Part shown: in pieces, positions 1 to 7,102 of the stretch
Layout: each line of letters starts with the position of its first letter
How positions within the stretch are numbered: position 1 is the stretch's first letter
Source of the DNA: Candidatus Heimdallarchaeota archaeon
GTDB taxonomy: Archaea > Asgardarchaeota > Heimdallarchaeia > Heimdallarchaeales > Heimdallarchaeaceae
Reading direction: 5' to 3'
Length of the DNA: 24,000 nt
Assembly (NCBI GenBank): GCA_019057375.1
Contig: DXJF01000011.1
Coordinates: 20,886-44,885 of the forward strand
Program-made: the position numbers and the translations under genes
The notes under the pieces: model-generated
Seen by the model: only the letters and a program-made list of their open reading frames with translations
The model's database searches: none
What the model was told of the DNA's origin: nothing

Positions 1-383
1 CGTTTTATGATAGTTATAGAGAATCAATTCCTTATCAACTTGAAATTGTTAATATGGAAAAGGAATTCAAATTAGAGAATACGCTAATCTCTGCTTTTGC
101 TGTTCAACATCGAGGATCAATAATAGGTGGGGGAAAACTTCCCAATATTCCCTCTGTAGGATATATAATAAGCAAGAATGCAGAAAAAGTCCTTTACACT
201 GGAGATACAGGTTATTTTGATCAATTAAAGGAACATGTAAGAGGTGTAGATTATGCTCTAATTGAGGGGACATATAAAGATAAGAAGACGCCTTTTCATC
301 TTACATATAGTGAAGCAGAAGAAATCGGGAAATTAGCCAAAAACTATCAAATTATTCATCAAATTATGTCTAGAGGAACTTGA
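1..383 (+). CDS. MBL-fold (metallo-beta-lactamase superfamily) hydrolase, C-terminal part; the 5' end lies outside the window
   Basis: The frame of ORF 54..383 stays open back to base 3 (FYDSYRESIPYQLEIVN then MEKEF...), so the gene is cut by the window edge. The pattern AVQH ... YTGDTGY ... PFHLT resembles the distal His/Asp/His metal-ligand motifs of MBL-fold (RNase Z-like) hydrolases. Confidence 0.5.
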   Translation, partial: FYDSYRESIPYQLEIVNMEKEFKLENTLISAFAVQHRGSIIGGGKLPNIPSVGYIISKNAEKVLYTGDTGYFDQLKEHVRGVDYALIEGTYKDKKTPFHLTYSEAEEIGKLAKNYQIIHQIMSRGT

Positions 384-435
384 ACTGGAACATATTATTC
401 TTCTTTTACAGTATTTCACAAAATGCTACCACATA

Positions 436-445
436 TTTTTATATA
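436..445 (+). promoter_or_regulatory. Putative archaeal TATA box for the small GTPase gene
   Basis: TTTTTATATA is centred about 32 nt upstream of ATG 473. This fits an archaeal TATA box about 26 nt upstream of a transcription start at or just before the start codon (leaderless or very short leader). There is no SD-like motif in between. Confidence 0.35.
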
Positions 446-472
446 GTTGAAATTCATTATTTAACAGATAAC

Positions 473-1174
473 ATGGCTGATAAGAAACGACCTCCCAAGA
501 GCAAGGACGAAAAATCAGATAAGGGTCCCATTATGTTTGAAGAAAATATCAAAAAGCATAAAGAAAGTATAGATGACGAATATTTTTCAGATGAAGATCC
601 TCAGCCTAAATCAACGAGTGCATATATGATTAAGTTAGTTTTAATTGGTGATGCTGCTGTTGGTAAAACATCTATAAGGAAAAGATATCTTGGTGAGGGG
701 TTTCAGAAAGAGCATTTAGCTACTCTTGGAGCTGATTTTGCTGCCACTACAAGAATTGTTGATGATTATAAGATAAAGTATCAAATCTGGGATTTAGCTG
801 GGCAACCCATGTTTAAAAATGTTAGACCAAGGTTTTTCAAAGGATGTTTTGGGGCCTTAGCAGTATTGGATATAACACGAAGAGAAACATTTCTTAACTT
901 AGGTAGTTGGATAGAGGAGTTATACCAATTTAGCGGTAAAGGAGTTGTTCCTGTCATAATACTTGCGAATAAAATGGATCTTGTCGATGAACAAGAAGTA
1001 ACAATTGAAGAAGTAAAGTCGTTTGTAAAAAAGCTAAATAAGAAAACAAAAGAGCATTCAATGGAAAATTTCCTCTTAGAAACCTCAGCTAAAACAGGAT
1101 TGAACATAGATAAATCGTTTGAAATTCTTAGTGAGCACATTATTGAAAGATTCTCTACACCGAATGAAGAATAA
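473..1174 (+). CDS. Ras-superfamily small GTPase (Rab/Ras-like) with a charged N-terminal extension of about 50 aa
   Basis: All five G motifs are readable: G1 GDAAVGKT, switch I Thr in ATLGADF, G3 WDLAGQ, G4 NKMD, G5 ETSAK. I start it at ATG 473 (MADKKRPPKSK...) rather than TTG 380, because of the TATA-like box at 436-445 and because 380-472 reads like AT-rich non-coding sequence. Confidence 0.85.
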   Translation: MADKKRPPKSKDEKSDKGPIMFEENIKKHKESIDDEYFSDEDPQPKSTSAYMIKLVLIGDAAVGKTSIRKRYLGEGFQKEHLATLGADFAATTRIVDDYKIKYQIWDLAGQPMFKNVRPRFFKGCFGALAVLDITRRETFLNLGSWIEELYQFSGKGVVPVIILANKMDLVDEQEVTIEEVKSFVKKLNKKTKEHSMENFLLETSAKTGLNIDKSFEILSEHIIERFSTPNEE

Positions 1175-1180
1175 TTTTTG

Positions 1181-1426
1181 TCATATTAGTTTAAAAAGAT
1201 AGACCCCTATCAAGAGTACTTCACACGCTACAAGAATGATTCCTGCTATAACGTGACCATAAATAAAGCTCATAGTTAAACTAAAACCAGTTAAAATAAT
1301 ACCTATAAAAATAAACCAGTTATCAAAGGAACCAAGATATTGATGGTAACTTTTCTTCAGAAAATTGTTTATGGTCACCAATAAATTCTTCGAATCGTTT
1401 GTTTTCTCTGATTTTTCTATACTCAT
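1181..1426 (-). CDS. Small hypothetical membrane protein (two predicted TM helices)
   Basis: 81-aa ORF with two hydrophobic stretches (WFIFIGIILTGFSLTMSFIY and VIAGIILVACEVLLIGVYLF). An AAGGAAG SD-like motif lies just upstream of the ATG. I recognise no family. Confidence 0.35.
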   Translation of the reverse strand: MSIEKSEKTNDSKNLLVTINNFLKKSYHQYLGSFDNWFIFIGIILTGFSLTMSFIYGHVIAGIILVACEVLLIGVYLFKLI

Positions 1427-1606
1427 TCAATAACTTCCTTTGCTAGATTTCTTGTTTGAATCAATCCTAATTTACCTTCTATATTTATATTTTTATTCTT
1501 TCCATATAACTAGCAAAGTAATCTTTTTAAACGTGGTTTGTTCCCCAGAGATTGAAAAATACATAAGAGTTCTCTCTTTCAAAACTCAAGAGGACGAGTG
1601 AAAATT

Positions 1607-2071
1607 ATGCCAACAGCTTACGATGTTCCATCTGATTTACTTATTAAAAAAATAACTGAAGAATTGAAAAAGGAAGCAGAAATCAAACCACCTGAATGGG
1701 CCGTATATGCCAAAACTGGAGTTCATAAAGAAAATTCTCCTGTTCAAGAAGACTGGTGGTATATTAGAGCTGCCTCTATGTTAAGAAAAATTTACTTTTA
1801 TGGTCCAATAGGTGTATCAAGATTACGAATTGCTTATGGTGGTCGTCATAGAAGAGGTGTAAAACCTGAGCACTTTGCTAGAGGTAGCGGAGCTGTAATT
1901 AGAAAGATACTTCAACAGTTAGAAAAAGCAAACTATATCCAGAAGAAGAGTGGTAAGGGGAGCAAAGGACGTGTAATCGTAGGACGTGTTTTAACTCCAA
2001 AAGGTTATTCTTTTGTGGATAAATTATCAGCTGATTTAAAGAGAGAAATTCCCGCTTTAGAAAAATATTAA
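1607..2071 (+). CDS. rps19e: 30S ribosomal protein eS19 (S19e)
   Basis: [21 protein letters not shown]...[48 protein letters not shown] is the classic S19e signature. ATG 1607 is preferred over GTG 1598 because archaeal S19e proteins typically begin M-x-T-x-YDVP. Confidence 0.9.
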   Translation: MPTAYDVPSDLLIKKITEELKKEAEIKPPEWAVYAKTGVHKENSPVQEDWWYIRAASMLRKIYFYGPIGVSRLRIAYGGRHRRGVKPEHFARGSGAVIRKILQQLEKANYIQKKSGKGSKGRVIVGRVLTPKGYSFVDKLSADLKREIPALEKY

Positions 2072-2139
2072 GATTATTGAGAAGAATTCGGTTACAGAAA
2101 TTAAACTTTGAACAGTTCAATAAGCAAGGGTGCGAAGAA

Positions 2140-2475
2140 ATGTATGATGAAGACGAATTGGAAGTAATAAGACAAAGGAAAAGAGCACAATTACAGGAGC
2201 AACAAGGAGCTCAAGCACAAGAGGAGCAACAAGCAACTCTTGAAGCTCAAAAACAAGTAATCCTTCGTCAAATTCTTACTGAGGAAGCTAGACAACGTCT
2301 TACTAACGTTAAACTTGTTCGTTCTCAACTCGCAGAAGCTGTTGAAGTAAGACTGATACAATTAGCTCAAGAAGGAGCAATCAGTGGTAAATTGACTGAT
2401 GATCAACTAAAAGAAATTCTTCGTCAAATTCAAGGGCAAAAAAGAGAATCAAAAATCGATATAAGGCGATTATAA
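2140..2475 (+). CDS. PDCD5/TFAR19-family DNA-binding protein (MTH1615-like)
   Basis: About 111 aa from ATG 2140 ([21 protein letters not shown]...[37 protein letters not shown]). The gene sits between S19e and L39e, as in the conserved archaeal cluster. The ORF-track extension back to 2077 (TTG) is probably not translated. Confidence 0.75.
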   Translation: MYDEDELEVIRQRKRAQLQEQQGAQAQEEQQATLEAQKQVILRQILTEEARQRLTNVKLVRSQLAEAVEVRLIQLAQEGAISGKLTDDQLKEILRQIQGQKRESKIDIRRL

Positions 2476-2630
2476 TGGCAAGAAATAAACAACTACCAAG
2501 AAAACTCAGGTATGCAAATGAGATGAAATCTAATAAACCTGTTCCAAGTTGGTGTGTTATACGAACTAACAGACGCTTTCGAACCCATCCAAAACGTAGA
2601 AGATGGAGATCTACTCGCATTAAAAGATAA
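2475..2630 (+). CDS. rpl39e: 50S ribosomal protein eL39 (L39e)
   Basis: Missing from the ORF track because it is under 60 aa. Translated by hand: [51 protein letters not shown] (51 aa), a typical L39e sequence. Its ATG overlaps the upstream TAA stop (TAATG). Confidence 0.9.
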   Translation: MARNKQLPRKLRYANEMKSNKPVPSWCVIRTNRRFRTHPKRRRWRSTRIKR

Positions 2631-2644
2631 GGAGAAGAAGAATC

Positions 2645-3085
2645 ATGTCTCAAGAATCTATAGAGAACATTTACACCATTCCATTCTATCCTCAACTGAA
2701 TAAGACAGCACCTTATAAAAGGACACCAAGAGCTATTAGACTCCTCAAAGAATACATCTACAAACACACAAAAGCTGATGATGTTATAATAGACGAGGAA
2801 TTAAATGAATTCATGTGGAAAAGAGGAATTCAAAAACCACCAAGAAAAATTAAGGTTCGTGCAGTAGTTGAAACAATTGAAGAGGAAAAAATAGCTACAG
2901 TTGAACTAATCCATGAAGAAGTGGATGCTGCGGCACGCCCACAACTTGATGGTATCGCAATTCCTGGGGAATTAGAAGAGGAAGAGGAGGAGGAAGAAGA
3001 GGAAGAAGACGGAGAAGAAGTAGATATAGCCCCCGTCGAAACTTCTGAATCTGAAGAAACTCCAGAAGAGGAACAGTCTAAATAA
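2645..3085 (+). CDS. rpl31e: 50S ribosomal protein eL31 (L31e) with an acidic C-terminal extension of about 55 aa
   Basis: YTIPFYPQLNKTAPYKRTPRAIRLLKEYIYKHTK...IDEELNEFMWKRGIQKPPRKIKVRAV matches the L31e core. An AGGAG SD lies upstream of the ATG. The tail ELEEEEEEEEEEEDGEEVDIAPVETSESEETPEEEQSK is additional. Confidence 0.85.
   Translation: MSQESIENIYTIPFYPQLNKTAPYKRTPRAIRLLKEYIYKHTKADDVIIDEELNEFMWKRGIQKPPRKIKVRAVVETIEEEKIATVELIHEEVDAAARPQLDGIAIPGELEEEEEEEEEEEDGEEVDIAPVETSESEETPEEEQSK
2974..3020 (+). repeat. Polypurine (GAA/GAG) low-complexity tract encoding the poly-Glu run of eL31
   Basis: Positions 2974-3009 are 36 consecutive purines (agaagaggaagaggaggaggaagaagaggaagaaga). A single C follows, then ggagaagaag. 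Confidence 0.9.
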
Positions 3086-3123
3086 AACTGATCCTTTATT
3101 TTCATTTTTTGAGGTAGATAATT

Positions 3124-3798
3124 TTGGATATTGCAAAGACTACTATATTAGGTAATTCGGGATTAGGTGTTTTTGCATTATCTACCGAAGGTTTTTCCAT
3201 TGTTCCTTATAGTGTTAAAGAATCCTCTCTCAAAGTGATTGCAGATACGTTGAGTGTAAATGTAATTCAAACCACTATTGCAAATTCAGTTCTTGTTGGA
3301 ACTATGGTTGTAGGTAATTCAAAGGCTATTTTTGTCCCTCAAAACATTAAAGAAAAGGAATACAAAATACTTGAAGAAAACCTTTCTGATCAGACTAAAC
3401 TCGTGGAACTAAACAGTAAATATACTGCTCTTGGAAACCTAATCGTTATGAACGATAAAGGAGCAATTGTAAGTGATATGCTTGAAAAGAATGCTCAAAA
3501 ACAGATTCAAGATGAATTAAACATAGAGATAACTGTAGGGAATCTACTTGGTTCTCCACTAGTTGGTAGTCTTGCAATGTCTACTAATCGAGGAGCACTT
3601 GTTCATCCTCTTCTTTCTGAGGAAGAAATCAAGGAAATTGCATCCATTCTCCGTGTTAAAGTTGATGTTTGCACTATAAATAGAGGAATTCCTTATCCAA
3701 GAGTTGGTATAATCGCTAATTCCAAAGGAGCAGTAATTGGTACTGATAGTACAGGTCCAGAGAGTATGCGAATCTTTGAAGTTTTATTAACTCCTTAA
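3124..3798 (+). CDS. eif6: Translation initiation factor 6 (aIF6/eIF6)
   Basis: 224 aa, with the repetitive GNSGLGVF / NSVLVGT / ALGNLIV / GSPLVGSL / NRGALVHP / ANSKGAVIG pattern of the eIF6 pentein fold. TTG start with a GAGGT SD 8 nt upstream. Located after L31e, as in other archaea. Confidence 0.85.
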   Translation: MDIAKTTILGNSGLGVFALSTEGFSIVPYSVKESSLKVIADTLSVNVIQTTIANSVLVGTMVVGNSKAIFVPQNIKEKEYKILEENLSDQTKLVELNSKYTALGNLIVMNDKGAIVSDMLEKNAQKQIQDELNIEITVGNLLGSPLVGSLAMSTNRGALVHPLLSEEEIKEIASILRVKVDVCTINRGIPYPRVGIIANSKGAVIGTDSTGPESMRIFEVLLTP

Positions 3799-3868
3799 AG
3801 ACTTTAGATTCAAAAACTTGAAAAACCCTTTTGCAATCGGGAAATAACTAAGATAAGGTGAACGCTAG

Positions 3869-4138
3869 ATGAGCTCTGTTAAAACATTCCATATCCGTGG
3901 CGAATATAAGAGAAAAAAAGATAAGATACCTTTTGGTAAATACGTTAGAGCATTAAATCAAGAAGATGCTTTGGAACAAATCTATAACGTTCTTGGAAGC
4001 AAACATAAAGTAAAACGAAATTTGATTTTTATTGATCCTAAAGATATCAAAGAAATCACCAATCCTGATGATATTAAAGATCCTGTTATCAAAGCATTTG
4101 CTACAGAAGACGATTTAGCTATTCCAAAAAGGAAGTGA
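3869..4138 (+). CDS. rplX: 50S ribosomal protein LX (eL20/L18Ae family)
   Basis: KTFHIRGEYKRK.DKIPFGKYVRALNQEDALEQIYNVLGSKHKVKRNLI matches the archaeal LX pattern. AAGGTGA SD upstream. Conserved position between aIF6 and prefoldin-alpha. Confidence 0.8.
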   Translation: MSSVKTFHIRGEYKRKKDKIPFGKYVRALNQEDALEQIYNVLGSKHKVKRNLIFIDPKDIKEITNPDDIKDPVIKAFATEDDLAIPKRK

Positions 4139-4572
4139 AAAGACTGTCAAAAGATTCTTCCCCTCAACAAGTTTCTCAAGAGGAACTAAATAATCTATTA
4201 ATGGCAGCTCAACAATTGGAGCAACAAGCAACTAGATATAACCAACAAATAGAAATTTTGAATGGTTATTACAACGAAATTCATAGTGCTGAACAAACAT
4301 TGAGAGATCTTGACAAAGCAGAGGAAAATAACAAAATTCTAGTTCCTATAGGAGCGGGTAATTTCATATATGCATCCGTTGAAAATGGTGAGAACGTTAT
4401 TGTTACAATAGGGGCAGGAGTTCACAGTGAAAAATCACTTCAAGATGCTACTGAAGGTATCAAGAAGAAGAAGACAGATGTCGAAAATCAACTCACTCAA
4501 ATAAAAGCTAGTTACAATGAAGTATTAGAACGTTTGAGAGAAATTGATAGAGTGGTCAAATCTGTTATGTAA
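4135..4572 (+). CDS. pfdA: Prefoldin alpha subunit
   Basis: Coiled-coil, beta-hairpin, coiled-coil layout: LEQQATRYNQQIEILNGYYNEIHSAEQTLRDL ... ILVPIGAGNFIYASV....VIVTIGAGVHSEKS ... NQLTQIKASYNEVLERL. GTG start overlaps the LX stop (GTGA). ATG 4201 is an alternative start. Confidence 0.8.
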   Translation: MKRLSKDSSPQQVSQEELNNLLMAAQQLEQQATRYNQQIEILNGYYNEIHSAEQTLRDLDKAEENNKILVPIGAGNFIYASVENGENVIVTIGAGVHSEKSLQDATEGIKKKKTDVENQLTQIKASYNEVLERLREIDRVVKSVM

Positions 4573-4591
4573 GAGGAGATGGGAGATTCTC

Positions 4592-5503
4592 TTGTTTGAT
4601 CAACTTCGAAAAAGCGTTTCAAAAACTTTCAAAAAGATTACAATTACTGATTTTTCTGCAAAATCAATTGCAAAAGTAAACAAAGAATTAAAGGATATTC
4701 TCATCAAAAACGAAGTTGCTGTAAAAACAACCGATGAAATTTGTAAAAGATTTGCGAAGAAAATGTCAGAGATCGAGTATACAAGATTTTCTAACACTAG
4801 GTCAATTGTATTGGCATCCTTAAGAGAAGTATTATTAGAAATATTGACTCCATCACAATCTATAGATCTCATTGAGCATGTAAAAATTGCAAGAGAAAGA
4901 AAAAGTCCTCTAGTTATAGCTTTTTTTGGAGTTAATGGTGTAGGAAAAACGCTTTCTATTGCAAAAATTGGAAAATATCTAATGGATAATGGGTATTCAA
5001 GCGTCTTTGCCGCAGGAGACACATTTAGAGCAGGAAGTATTCAACAATTGCAGAAGCATGGAGATAATCTAAATATAAGAGTAATTGCTCAAAACTACGG
5101 TTCTGACGCTGCTGCAGTTGCTTATGATGCGATAAATCATGCAACTTCAAAAGGGATAGATGTTGTTTTAATTGACACAGCAGGAAGAATGGAAACTAAT
5201 TCAAATCTAATGGCTGAACTGCAAAAAATATGTAAGGTTTCAGAACCAGATCTAAAATTCTTTGTGGGTGATGCCCTTACAGGTAATGCCCTAATTTCTC
5301 AAGCAAAGCTGTTCAACCAAAAAATTGGAATCGATGCTTCTATATTGAATAAAATTGATGCCGATGTCAAAGGTGGAGCTGCAGTTTCAGTTACCCATAT
5401 AAGCGAAAAACCTATAATTTTCTTAGGTGTTGGACAAAATTATGAGGATCTTGAATCCTTCTCTGCAGAAATGATTTTAGACAATATACTACCAACTAAA
5501 TAG
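4592..5503 (+). CDS. ftsY: Signal recognition particle receptor FtsY
   Basis: SRP-GTPase motifs FFGVNGVGKT, DTAGRME, NKIDADVKGGAA and GVGQNYEDL. I prefer TTG 4592 (MFDQLRKSVSKTFKKI, a typical archaeal FtsY N-terminus, with AGAGGAG upstream) over the ORF-track TTG 4544, which overlaps the end of pfdA. The start is uncertain by about 50 nt. Confidence 0.9.
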   Translation: MFDQLRKSVSKTFKKITITDFSAKSIAKVNKELKDILIKNEVAVKTTDEICKRFAKKMSEIEYTRFSNTRSIVLASLREVLLEILTPSQSIDLIEHVKIARERKSPLVIAFFGVNGVGKTLSIAKIGKYLMDNGYSSVFAAGDTFRAGSIQQLQKHGDNLNIRVIAQNYGSDAAAVAYDAINHATSKGIDVVLIDTAGRMETNSNLMAELQKICKVSEPDLKFFVGDALTGNALISQAKLFNQKIGIDASILNKIDADVKGGAAVSVTHISEKPIIFLGVGQNYEDLESFSAEMILDNILPTK

Positions 5504-5516
5504 CGAATTGTTCTCG

Positions 5517-5531
5517 TTTTTATTCTATTTT
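5517..5531 (+). terminator. Oligo-T tract, putative archaeal terminator after ftsY
   Basis: T5 and T4 runs (gtttttattctatttt) lie 14-28 nt past the ftsY stop, in a convergent intergenic spacer. Confidence 0.35.
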
Positions 5532-5557
5532 CATTATACCTAAACTATAAAATAAGG

Positions 5558-5579
5558 AAAAAAAGAAAATAAAAAAGAA
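5558..5579 (-). terminator. Oligo-T tracts, putative archaeal terminator after the EF-1alpha gene
   Basis: On the minus strand the stop codon is followed directly by T6, T4 and T7 runs (plus strand aaaaaaagaaaataaaaaagaa). Confidence 0.4.
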
Positions 5580-6863
5580 TTATTTTGGTGTTACGTCTTT
5601 TATAATACCAACAGCTACGGTTTGACCCATGTCTCTGATTGCGAAACGTCCTAATTGTGGGAAGTCTTCATATTTTTCCGCAACCATATCACGAGTTGGA
5701 ATCATCACTACTTCAGCTGTATCTCCATTCTTCAAGAAGTCTGGATTATCTGTTTTAACTCCTTTTGTAACTTTTGTCTTAAGCTCAGCAAAACGAGTAG
5801 CAACTTGAGCAGTTCCACAGTGAATAACTGGTGAATATCCTACAGCTATTGCAGAAGGATGTCTGATTACTTGCACTGTTGCTATGAAGTCTTTTACAAT
5901 GGTTGGAGGTTTGTCTGCATGGCCAACAACATCTCCACGACGAACATCTTTCTTTTCTAAACCTTTACAACTAAAACCAATGTTATCTCCAGGTATAGCT
6001 TCAGGAATTGTTTCGTGATGCATCTCAATAGACATTACATTTGATTTTTTGCCTGTAGGTTGGAAGATTATGTTGTCCTTTGGTTTAAGAACACCAGTTT
6101 CAACACGACCAACTGGTACTGTACCAATTCCTGTAATTGTATAAACATCCTGAAGAGGTAGTCTTAAGGGTTTATCAACTGGCTTAGGTGGCACTTCAAA
6201 AGTGTCTAAAGCATCAAGAACTGTGAGACCTGTATACCATGGCATAGATTCTGGTTTTTCATTAAGATTATCTCCTTTCATACCACTTGTTGGAACGAAG
6301 GATACTTTCTTCATGTCAAAACCAAATAGTTTGAGGTTTCTTGCCATTTCATCCTTAACTTCATCAAAACGTTCTTGTTTGTAGTTTGCAAGATCCATTT
6401 TATTGACAGCTACTATTAGTTGATCAACACCTAGTGTTTTTGCTAGTAAAGCATGTTCTCTAGTTTGCCCTGTTGTACTAATTCCTGCCTCGAATTCACC
6501 TGTACCAGCACTGATTACGAGAATTGCTGCATCAGCTTGAGAAGTACCTGTTATCATGTTTTTGACAAAATCACGATGTCCGGGTGCATCGATAATTGTA
6601 AAATAATACTTCTTTGTTTGGAATTTATAAAATGCAAGATCGATGGTTACCCCTCTTTCTCTCTCTTCTTTTAATTTGTCTAAAGCCCAGGCAAATTTAA
6701 AGCTGCCTCGTCCTATTAATTCAGCTTCTTTTTCAAATTTTTGGATATCTCTTTCTGAAATGCTTCCGCACACATAGAGTAAATGTCCAGTCATAGTAGA
6801 TTTACCATGATCAACGTGACCAATGATTACCAAATTCAAATGAGGTTTCCCTTTTGAGCTCAT
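5580..6863 (-). CDS. tuf: Translation elongation factor aEF-1alpha (EF-Tu family)
   Basis: GHVDHGKST, DAPGHRDF and NKMD motifs, with full-length similarity to archaeal/eukaryotic EF-1alpha (427 aa). AAAGGTG SD upstream. Confidence 0.97.
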   Translation of the reverse strand: MSSKGKPHLNLVIIGHVDHGKSTMTGHLLYVCGSISERDIQKFEKEAELIGRGSFKFAWALDKLKEERERGVTIDLAFYKFQTKKYYFTIIDAPGHRDFVKNMITGTSQADAAILVISAGTGEFEAGISTTGQTREHALLAKTLGVDQLIVAVNKMDLANYKQERFDEVKDEMARNLKLFGFDMKKVSFVPTSGMKGDNLNEKPESMPWYTGLTVLDALDTFEVPPKPVDKPLRLPLQDVYTITGIGTVPVGRVETGVLKPKDNIIFQPTGKKSNVMSIEMHHETIPEAIPGDNIGFSCKGLEKKDVRRGDVVGHADKPPTIVKDFIATVQVIRHPSAIAVGYSPVIHCGTAQVATRFAELKTKVTKGVKTDNPDFLKNGDTAEVVMIPTRDMVAEKYEDFPQLGRFAIRDMGQTVAVGIIKDVTPK

Positions 6864-7102
6864 TTCATATACACCTTTTTGATTAGCAGTACTAACATTA
6901 TTTATTTGATGTACTATTAGTATTATCCCCCCGTTGAATTTTTAAAAGCATTTTGGTTGCGTTGTTTTTGTCTAATTCTCTTCTTCAGTAGTTTGAGCAT
7001 TACCATTTGTAGTACTACCCTCTTCAAATACAAGATATTTGACTAGATGAAATTGATTCAAAATGAAAAATGAAAAAAGGAAAAATAGTTGAAGATTATT
7101 AA

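Noticed and set aside
380-472. Upstream TTG-initiated extension of the GTPase ORF (MNWNILFFFYSISQN...)
   Set aside because: The extension contains the TATA-like box at 436-445 and reads as AT-rich non-coding sequence. ATG 473 fits a leaderless start.
2381-2767. 128-aa minus-strand ORF spanning the PDCD5-like, eL39 and eL31 genes
   Set aside because: It is antisense to three tightly packed, confidently identified genes. Its sequence has no recognisable features. It is a typical long shadow ORF in AT-rich DNA.
2830-3105. 91-aa minus-strand ORF encoding a poly-Ser protein (SSSSSSSSSSSSS)
   Set aside because: It is the reverse-complement shadow of the GAA/GAG polypurine tract in the eL31 tail. 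It lies entirely inside a well-supported gene and has no start context.
6923-7033. Short basic minus-strand ORF between STT3 and EF-1alpha (…MVMLKLLKKRIRQKQRNQNAFKNSTGG-stop), ending in Gly-Gly
   Set aside because: It is only about 27-36 codons long, with no SD and no recognisable fold. It lies in the EF-1alpha promoter region. The terminal GG comes from a G6 run and is most likely coincidental.
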